From: Cyanophora paradoxa CCMP329
Taxonomy: Eukaryota > Plantae > Glaucophyta
NCBI GenBank assembly: GCA_004431415.1
Contig: QPMI01000660.1
Span: 1-43,366 of the forward strand
Direction: 5' to 3'
DNA length: 43,366 nucleotides
Made by a program: the position numbers and the translations under genes. Shown here one piece after another: positions 33,156 through 42,100 of this stretch (the first letter of the stretch is position 1; each line of letters starts with the position of its first letter). The notes beneath the pieces are model-generated. The model had not been told where the DNA came from. It worked only from the letters and a program-made list of their open reading frames with translations, and did not search any database.

Positions 33156-35284
33156 TCAGGCGCGATTTTTATAATGTCCAATCGCTAGGGTGTTGATCCC
33201 GTCAGTCTCGAGGAAGCGTTTGGTATCAAGGGGATGGAGAGCCTGACGCGAGGTTCGTTGTAAATAAATCTCATGTCGTTTCGAGCGGAAACCGAGAATT
33301 CCTTTGATGTCATACGATTGCTTTTCTCCCTCTTTAGGACAGACGCACCGGAGGAATACATCCCGTGTGAGTCTGTTGTAGTACGTTTTTTGAATACCCT
33401 TGCATACCTGTTTATCCGTTGAATCTTCACGTGAATAATAGTAAGATTTCGGCCGGTTAGCGATCCACTCTGTCATTTGCATACCATGTAGCTCATCTTT
33501 GAATAGTCCAGGAGTTTTGCTCATTAATCTTAGAGCATTTATTTCTCCATTGCTTAAACCTGCAAATAGCCTGTGTCCTCTCGGATATTCACTCACATCA
33601 AGCTCGTATCTGATCGATCGTAAATCCACATAGATATCCTTGGTTTTTACTTCAATAATAAGGCTGTCCGTATCAGTTCCAAGTAGCTTTAACCGCTGAC
33701 CCCAAAGCGGCTTGAGCATCTGGTAGTAAAAGCGGTACATGTGCAGTTTTGATAATTCGAGGATAACAAATCCGCAGTATATAGGTTTATTAAGATTATA
33801 CTCACTTTTACGCTTGGAAACAAATACGAGATTCTCTTCATATTTAACTACCTGTTTTAAACGATTAGGCTCACTGTTTATCTTTGCCAAACGATCACCA
33901 GATGTAACAAGCTCAGAGAAACAGTGTTTTCTCACGTTCTCCATCGTCTTTCCGAATACACTGTTATTCATTAACTTGAAGAGATCCTGTTTGTATTTGT
34001 GATCAGCACGCTTGCGTTCACTTGTATTTAGATCGATGAAATCGTTCAGCCATGCACTTTGTTCGTACGATAAAACTCGATGGATGTTGGTTACTATCAT
34101 TCCCAGTGTTGTATAAAGCTTAAGCAAACGCCCATCAACAACATAATTCTTCTTTGGCAACAGGTTTGGAACCAATTTTGGGGTTCGTTCGACTGAAGTA
34201 AGCTTTTCTTTGTTAATCATATCCTGCTGTTGCTTCGATAGATGATCCATGGACACGCACATTCGTTCAGGAGCCAGTGGATAATCTGAGAACTCATCGT
34301 GGAGATGGTCAGACATGTACATATCAACTTCGAGAGCATAGCCACGAGGACCATCAGCGTCAAGGTTTCCAACGAACTGCATAGCATCAACATCTTGATC
34401 GAGTTTTTCCCAGCGGAAACCTCCAGTGGGGAGTTTCTGTTTCATAGCAACGCCATACAGATTATTCGCATCAAGGTACATCAGCCATGATTCATTGCCT
34501 GTTTTTTCGTAATTTTGCACACATTCAATCTGGGTTGTTGATTCATCAGCATGCGTATATTTTCCAAATTTCTTTAAAATTGCCGCTGCTTTTGCCGCTT
34601 TCTTTTTATTCTTTGCAATCACTCTTGAACTCATGTATTTTACGTGTTTCAGGAACTCGTTATTAGCTTTAGCATATCTCTTTGATATCATACTGATACC
34701 TCCCCTGATTCCTGATTCTATAAATCTGTACATATCCTGCTGTCCCTCGTGAAAGAGCTCAAGCTTAACGCCTGTGCGTTTAAGAGCAGCCTGCCAAGCG
34801 AATCCTGGGGATGACATGAAATAGCTTGGATCTAAGCTATACGTTTCAATACATGTATCGCGATAGTTTTCGAACACGTCTGCTAGTAACGTGATATCTG
34901 TCATCATATACTCCATTGTATAGTCTGATATCGTTCTGCAGCCGAGCTCTCGCCAAACATCCTTGGCATGCGCGTATTCATCTTTCGAGCATTTCTTCTG
35001 TTTAAGTTGATTTTTGAAATAACAACGTGCAGGTAGTTCAATCTCTTGTAAACGTTGCCAGCTTGATATATAGCTATATGGATATATTCCCTTGCTTGTC
35101 ATCAACTCGAATCTAGTATCATCCGGATACATTGTGCGTGTGATCTTCTTCTTTTCCGCGGGAACCGCTTTCGCTAGATCATCCAAACTAGCATTCAAAT
35201 GTTGCATCGAATCCCGAAGTACATAAATTCCGTACTTAAACTGTGATATCTTCTCGCTATTCTGAAAGGTCTGATCAAATTTGA
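33156..35284 (-). pseudogene. Protein-primed family B DNA polymerase (pPolB), 5'-truncated in this window
   Basis: KGIYPY, YMMTDITLLADVFENYR (ExoIII), IRGGIS, YLDANNLYG, KLMNNSVFGKTMEN, GTDTDS. The frame stays open upstream of the called Met (QNSEKISQFKYGIYVLRDSMQHL) until ~35284; ExoI/II are missing. Confidence 0.9.
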
Positions 35285-35565
35285 CACATAGTAAAATGCG
35301 GAGTTTTAACCCTCGGCTTAATCTTAATTGATTTTGTTGATATATCTCGTATATTCTATTTCAATCATCGATAATCTGTGTATATCTTATCGAATATTCA
35401 TTTATTTCGATTATTTTGTATTCTTTTCGATATTTTATCGTAAATTTCTCTTATTTTCCGATTAGTCTTACTGAGTTAATCGATAATCTGTATATATTTC
35501 CGAATAATATAACTGAATCTCAATTAGATCTTGCCTCTGGTTAAAACTCCGCATTTTACTATGTG
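35285..35565. repeat. 281-bp imperfect palindrome with perfect 27-bp terminal inverted repeats (MITE-like or viral hairpin end)
   Basis: cacatagtaaaatgcggagttttaacc (35285-35311) is the exact reverse complement of 35539-35565, with TGA on both flanks. Confidence 0.9.
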
Positions 35566-35818
35566 TGATTGGTCTGTTTGTTAATTGATTTAATCGATAT
35601 TATATTCATGTACTTTCTCGATTAAATTTAATTAAATTTAATTCATTTAATCGGAAATATATCGCTAAACTCGATTAAGATCCATAAATGATTCATTTGT
35701 TAAATAAAACAAATCGATCTCTTATTGAATCCAATCGTAATTATACATGAAACTTATATGTTTTTATCATGTTTTAATGATTCTAAGGGGGGACCCTTAG
35801 GATTTTTGAAATAATTGG

Positions 35819-35919
35819 GTGTGACAGGTGTGACAGGTGTGACAGGTCCATCCCAAGGAAAGTCCTAGTGAGAAATTGATTTTGAAATCCACGGGATAGA
35901 CCTGTCACACCTGTCACAC
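35819..35919. repeat. Inverted arrays of 9-bp GTGTGACAG (3 forward, 2 reverse); origin-like
   Basis: 35828-35848 is the reverse complement of 35899-35919. A small hairpin ctaaggg/cccttag lies at 35783-35800. Confidence 0.8.
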
Positions 35920-36409
35920 AAACCATATTCAGTAAGGACCTCATATATTGGTAAAATCTCAGTGTTAGTTGGTGTAGTTGATTCAAAAATGCATTTATAC
36001 TCTGATTCATTGTTATTTCCTGTGAAATTTGAGTCAACTCAACCCACTTAGTCAACCCTTGCATTGAATTCGTAACAAAATCCATATACTTTTACTACTT
36101 TTACGATTAATATGAGTCAACCTTGAGTCCACTTAAATATAAATATTATATAATAGGGGGAATCAAGGGGAGATGCTGAGTGTTATTGTAAGGAAATCGA
36201 ATAGTATTCGAAATACTTGACATTGCTTAATGTAGGGTGCATTCATATTTCGGCTACATCATACAGTAGAATTCTATTGTAACAAAAGCTACTGTAGAAA
36301 GAAAATCATTGTAGAAAGCTATTGTAGGAAAGGATATATTATATCCTTTTTTAACGATTGCCATTGTAATAAAAAGGTAAATTACCCTGTTTATCATTAT
36401 AGAAACCCA

Positions 36410-36807
36410 TCAAAACGGGAATCTATCATGTTTATGTCTCTCAGTCTTCTCAAATGTTAAGAAATTCATTGTTTTATCGATCTCATCTGCAACTGCTTGT
36501 GTTTTATGCTGAGCTTCTTTACCACAACTGAATATATCAATTGCTAACATGCCTTCATTGGAATAACAATGAGCTGTGCAATGGCTTTCATCTAATAGCA
36601 GAACCAATGCAAAACCAGGAGGTGATAGTTTGCCATCAAATATCTCACAATGCTTATGAACAATCCTAATACCTTGTCTCAATACTGCTTGTTCAAGGGT
36701 TCCCATAATCCAATTACCTAGGAAGCTACATGCTCATAACCTGTTGCTATAGCTGATTTAGCCTTGTAATCAAGCATAACATGAAAGCCTCTGTATTTAG
36801 TCTCCAT
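36410..36807 (-). CDS. speD: Pyruvoyl-dependent S-adenosylmethionine decarboxylase proenzyme, prokaryotic SpeD/SpeH type (one frameshift near 36725)
   Basis: METKYRGFHVMLDY...[fs]...IVHKHCEIFDGKLSPPGFALVLLLDESHCTAHCYSNEGMLAIDIFSCG. The ESH self-cleavage site and DxFxCG motif are present. Confidence 0.85.
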
Positions 36808-36825
36808 TAAGAATACCTTAGAAAA

Positions 36826-37100
36826 TTAACTAGTCAACCTAATGCAAATATCCCTATACTCTACTCTGATTGATGAAGTAGCTCTTTTCCTGTGTGCTTG
36901 ACTCTTTCTTTTGTTACAGTCCCTGCAACCTGATCCCTTCACATGATTAAAGGATAGGTAAGGATCACCTTATTACACTGCAAACATCTCACAGATACTT
37001 TCTCTTGAGCTTTGATGTAATGTGTCTCACTGTAATCGAATTTATCTTTACCATGAACTGTCATAGCAGCATCAATAAACTTTTTTGTTTTACTATCCAT
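36826..37100 (-). CDS. Small DUF723-like Zn-ribbon protein (one frameshift; absent from the ORF track)
   Basis: Manual translation MDSKTKKFIDAAMTVHGKDKFDYSETHYIKAQEKVSVRCLQCNKVILTYP[fs]FNHVKGSGCRDC matches the FIxxAxxVHGxKYDYS...C...HxxGxGCxxC repeat of viral endonucleases. Confidence 0.75.
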
Positions 37101-37122
37101 ACTCTATATATAACCAATATTC

Positions 37123-37951
37123 TTATGGAGCAGTATCCTGTCCAAAAATGGGGAAATATCGATTTGTGCCATAATACTCAGCATAGGTATTCTGCCTTGC
37201 AATAAAATCGGTTCTCTCTGCAAACATCACACACTTGTAGATACCAAACTTGGTGGCTCTCACTAAGAACTGATAGTCTTCCAAACCGAAATTGACTCCA
37301 TGATAAGCAATTCCGAAATTATCATATGGGGTGATCACTACTGCAAAGTTGGGAGTTCCACCTTCAACTTGGCATACAGCATAAACATCTGGTGGGATAT
37401 CCACAACAACCTTGTAGTGATCACCAATCTCAACAAGAGAGTCTACTACTGCTGTTTGTTCATTCACAACAATGGGGAATATCTTGATTATATAGGGGCA
37501 TTCATGCTGGGGACATAGGTTCGAATTCTTGTGTTGGGATCAATGGGATTGGGTTGATCATTCACAAATAAAGGCGCTCCAACAGCCCACCAACCCTAAG
37601 ACCATACCAATATAAGCTCCCCCGATTTGCAGTTAATAGCTCCCGACCTAGATTCAAAAGAATAAGTAGACAGAGGATCTCCATAGCTATCTGGGTCTCC
37701 ATAATGAGCAGAAAAGTTTGCATTTGTGACAAGTAGCTTAGTTGTCTTAACTATTCCATTATTTTTATCACATCTGAGTTCCTGTAATCTCAGCTTGTGG
37801 GTGGAACCAAATGTATTCATTGTAGGTTGGACCTCTGTGGATTGGAGACCCTCAACTCATCAAAAGTAGCATGCTGCAGAACATGGTTTGCTGGTGCAGC
37901 TAATGAAAGCTGAGGTGTAATAATTCGTTCAAGTGGGGGTTGCTCAGCCAT
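37123..37951 (-). CDS. Putative virion/fibre-associated protein B (frameshifted; joins ORFs 37596-37820 and 37123-37467)
   Basis: N-terminus is paralogous to gene A. C-terminus FVNDQPNPIDP...VVVDIPPDV...VVITPYDNFG...FAERTD resembles C-terminal domains of viral fibre proteins. Confidence 0.55.
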
Positions 37952-37974
37952 TTTACATTAAAGGGATATATCTT

Positions 37975-38814
37975 TTATGGGGTTGGGTCATCAATTACAT
38001 CTGGCTCCATGTAAAACCCTGTAACTGAAAGAGTATCAGGAGTTACACCTCTAAGAGCTGATACAGCGGCTATATCTGTTCTCAAACCGATAAGAGTTAT
38101 AGTATATAACCCAATATCTGTAACAAACAAGTCAAAGGTGAAATTATTATTATAAACACAGTAGCCATAACCGAAATGATTGTATCCTGAACATTGAAAT
38201 AGTATTTATGACCTACTTGATTGTTGTTGGCTCTACAAGGGAAAGCATTGCAGATGGAATCGCAAGACCTCTCAGTACTCTTTTGGTTCCTTCAATTAAT
38301 TCGAGTTTTCAAGAGTAACAGTATATCCAATGTAAAATTGAATTAATGGCTGCTGTGCAACAGGAGTATATAATCGAATTCGTTGGGGGTCTTCAACATT
38401 CTGTTCAAGAGTATCTGGACATCATTATACGAAATTGAGGATGAAAGCTGACCTGAAACTCTGCAACCTCCACCAATAAAAGCTCCTCCTGATCTCACAG
38501 TAACAGCAGCAGAATTCTTATCGAAATCAAGGGCTTTCAGATCAACACTGTAAGCATCTGGACCTCCATTAGTAGGTTGGAAGAAGTTTGCATTTGTGAC
38601 AAGAAGTCGAGTTGTTTTCACCACACCTGAATTCTTATCAGCTCTCAGCTCTTTAACTCGAATAATCGAATTTTTATCAAAGGAGTTACCATTGGAGTTG
38701 GGTCTCTCTGTGGATTCTAAACCACGAACCTCATCATTTACTTCATGCTGGCGAAAATGCATTGCAGGGGATCCAAGGGAATATATAGGCAGTTGAACTC
38801 GATTATTCACCCAT
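37975..38814 (-). CDS. Putative virion/fibre-associated protein A (frameshifted)
   Basis: ELRADKNSGVVKTTRLLVTNANF versus gene B ELRCDKNNGIVKTTKLLVTNANF. Coding-like sequence continues to a stop at 37975. Confidence 0.55.
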
Positions 38815-38918
38815 TGCTTCTTTTACTAAGAAGGAAAAGAAAAATAAACTGCAATCAAGCCAAAGTGATTAATTCGATCCAGGGATTGGTAACAGTTGAA
38901 GAACTTGCAGGTTGGATG

Positions 38919-39155
38919 TCATTGCTTTGATGTTGTTATCACATTCAGTGTATTTAGCAACAGGGTCACCATATGCAGATTTGGCAAGGACATTAACAAG
39001 AGGTTTTTATACTCATTTACAACTGGTGAGAGCTTGTTAGTTTGCTGAATCGTTTTTTCAACTGTTTGTAATGCGTTTACAAGGGTGATTGTGTCAAAAG
39101 AAAGCGCAACAGGCTCAGTTGAATAGGTGGTTCCACCAAGAGGATAGGTCGCCAT
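38919..39155 (-). CDS. Small hypothetical protein (3' end may be frameshifted)
   Basis: ATG immediately after the fibre gene stop; no motif recognised. Confidence 0.4.
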   Translation of the reverse strand: MATYPLGGTTYSTEPVALSFDTITLVNALQTVEKTIQQTNKLSPVVNEYKNLLLMSLPNLHMVTLLLNTLNVITTSKQ

Positions 39156-39158
39156 TTA

Positions 39159-42100
39159 TTATACTTTGACATTTTTAATTTGGTCTATTTGATCCTGTTG
39201 ATCTTTGCATTTTGGGACAACTCCTTCACAGCTTCAATGAGAACTGGAATTAAACCTGTGTATTCAAGAGATAGGTAGCCATCGTCTTTTTAACATTAAC
39301 TACTCTGGTATTACCTTTTCTACATCTTGCGCAATTAAACCTAATTTCGTTCCATCTTTTTCGCTTCCAATTCGTTTAAAACTCACTCCTTCTATTTTTC
39401 GATTGCTGAAAGAGCGCCGGATATCTTTTTAATGTCGGTTTTGTATCTTATGTCACTTCTTGTGTTAAATAACCTCAATCCACATCCATCCTCATGATAC
39501 ATGTAACAAATATCAGTATCTTGTTCATTTCGGAATACAAGGGGAATATCTCCCCTCCTTTCAAATATGTAGAAGTTTGGTTACCGATGGATACGATTAT
39601 ATCCATCACTGGAATTAAACAAGTCCCACAGTTCCTGTTAAGATATTTGGTTTACTATAAACGTTATTCCAATGAATATAGCCGGTGTGACACCATAGCT
39701 ATGCCAACCATATTTTCATGTAACTTATACCCATAATGTGAACTCTTCCAATCTTTGGTCTAATTCGAATTGTGAGAAATCGATTACCAAGATGTATCGG
39801 ACATTATTTAAACCACTGTGGTTACCATCAGGCGATGTGGCGTATGGTTGATAACTATTCACTGATGTAATAAAACTTCATTCCCTTGTCTATTAACTCC
39901 CCAAATTTCAAAACTCGTGAGCTTACCCAAGGTAAATAAGTTAAAAATGCTGTTCCTGTCAGGTATCCATCGGGTATATCGAAGTCATCCAAGCGGTAGA
40001 AAGTTTGGTCATCATATTGATCATTATAGACATATGAACATAATTATAATATGGATCCCATGATGTCCCCCAGTGATAGCTCCAACCCTGAGAACATCTA
40101 TTAAACTCAATTGCTCCTACTGTTTTATCTGCTGTGTGAAACTTTGGGACATCATTACGTTTATTTGGAGTTTGGTAGTAGCATTAATAGTGGGTGCTGT
40201 AATAGTGTTATTCACCCAAAAGTTACCATTACCATATGATTTTAAGATTGCTGCATCCGCTGAGTTTCTAAATTCGACAGATACACATCGCCATTTTCAT
40301 AGCCTCGAATATATGTAGTTTGACCATTTCCAACCAAATTCGCTCGACTGCATCTACTGATTTTAACATGCATTTGTTGCCCATGTTGCGTTTGTGGAAG
40401 GTCTGCGGCTGAGTAAAAATGATGGTTACTAATATATTATCCAGAGATCATCCCAACCTCATTATCTGTTGCCCTCTGTCTACTCCACCCAAAACACCTG
40501 TAAGATGGATTCTACCTTTTCGACCTTGAACATATATTTTTGTGTAAAACTCACAGTTAATAGAGATGAAAAGTATACTGGATTGTGTTCCATCATGTAC
40601 TGATGCTTGAATACCTTGATAAACATTTAAACGCCGAAGGAAATGTTGATTACCATTAGCTGTTTGACCATAGATGTCAAAATATCTACAATTAGACACA
40701 CATGGTTTGAATATAAAACGTTTTCATTCCTGTGGGGACATTCCACCTCATCCAACAAGCGCTACAATCTTCATCATTTTGTGGTGTTGTATAACATCCT
40801 GTTTGTCCGGTTCTTGGTGTCCATCCTAAGTTCCAATTATTTGCGCTTCTATCTGTCGAAACCACATCTAATTGGTCGAAATCGTAACCTTTTGGTATTG
40901 TGGTTCCACCAATTTGTAAAGTGGTAGCATTCACAGTTCCTGTTACAGTTCCACCTGTTAGAGGTAAATAATTCCCAAGAGCTGCTGTTAATTCGGTATC
41001 TGTTACAACATCTGTAAGAGCTAATTGTAATTCTGTATTTGTTACATAATCTTTGTTTTCTAAATAATCATCTGTAACAACACCAGAGAGGGTCTCATTG
41101 TGTAAGTTTTTTGCTGCCATCCTCTGATTGACTTCTAAGGCTCCTCCTGCTAATGTTTTAATCCAGGACATTTCGCATTTCCCATAGTTATCTGATGGTT
41201 GTCCCAAGTGGGACATAATTGAATTTGGATCGACTGAATATTATTTTAGGTCTGGAGCCATCAGTTGCACTGACATCTGTTACATTTACTTGCATAATGG
41301 CATCCTTATCATCATATGCTGCTGGATCAGATGGGAGAGGTGGTAATCCTGATGTCAATGTGATGTCCTCATTATAATAACTTGTTAAGAAGATGCCTGG
41401 TTTGGTATCAATCACCCCAACACCACCTGCTGAAATCATTTGGATTCTTGTTGGTTGTTTGATGTATAATTCACCTTCCATTGTGGTCCCTGCATCAATG
41501 CCTTTTCGATTGACATAATAATCATTTAGTTGTAGCCTTTCAGGTATGGTATTACTCTGGTAGAGACTCACACCATTTGTAAAGTCTGTCAAAATATTGC
41601 CTGATGATGCAAAAGTTGGTTGTTCATCTATTTGACTCCAAGGGTGTCTGTGGTTGCTATTGGTTATTGTTGAGTAATCATGAGTGTGTGAATCAGGTGG
41701 GAAGGTTAATGGAGGATTTGTGATATGCTCCCATAAATGAGTATGGGCGAAATCTGTGATCTGATCTTTGGTGTGAGTATGGGCAAAATCTGTGATCTGA
41801 TCTTTGGTGTGAGTATGGGCGAAATCTGTGATCTGATCTTTGGTGTGAGTATGGGCAAAATCTGTGATCTGATCTTTGGTGTGAGTATGGGCGAAATCTG
41901 TGATCTGATCTTTTGTGTGAGTATGGGCGAAATCTGTTATTTGGTCTTTTGTGTGAGTATGGGCGAAATCTGTTATTTGGTCTTTTGTGTGAGTATGGGC
42001 GAAATCTGTTATTTGGTCTTTTGTGTGAGTATGGGCAAAATCTGTAATCTGGGCTTTTGTGTGAGTGTGATTTTGAATCCAACCTTGAACCACATTAGAG

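Larger units (their letters stand above)
27013..35284. mobile_element. Endogenous Polinton/Maverick- or PLV-like virus (element 1), left part
   Basis: Abrupt GC drop and dense intronless ORFs. Capsid-like genes, A32 ATPase, rve integrase and pPolB occur together. Left edge is approximate (an AG dinucleotide at 27013); no right end in the window. Confidence 0.88.

Noticed and set aside
35783-36085. 100-aa ORF containing VTGVTG / LSHLSHLSH
   Set aside because: It is the translation of the 9-bp inverted repeats in an otherwise non-coding region.
41738-42069. 36-bp repeat as a CRISPR array; alternative-frame ORFs 41693-42082 and 41737-42117
   Set aside because: No spacers; variation is almost entirely synonymous in the HTHTKDQITDFA frame.
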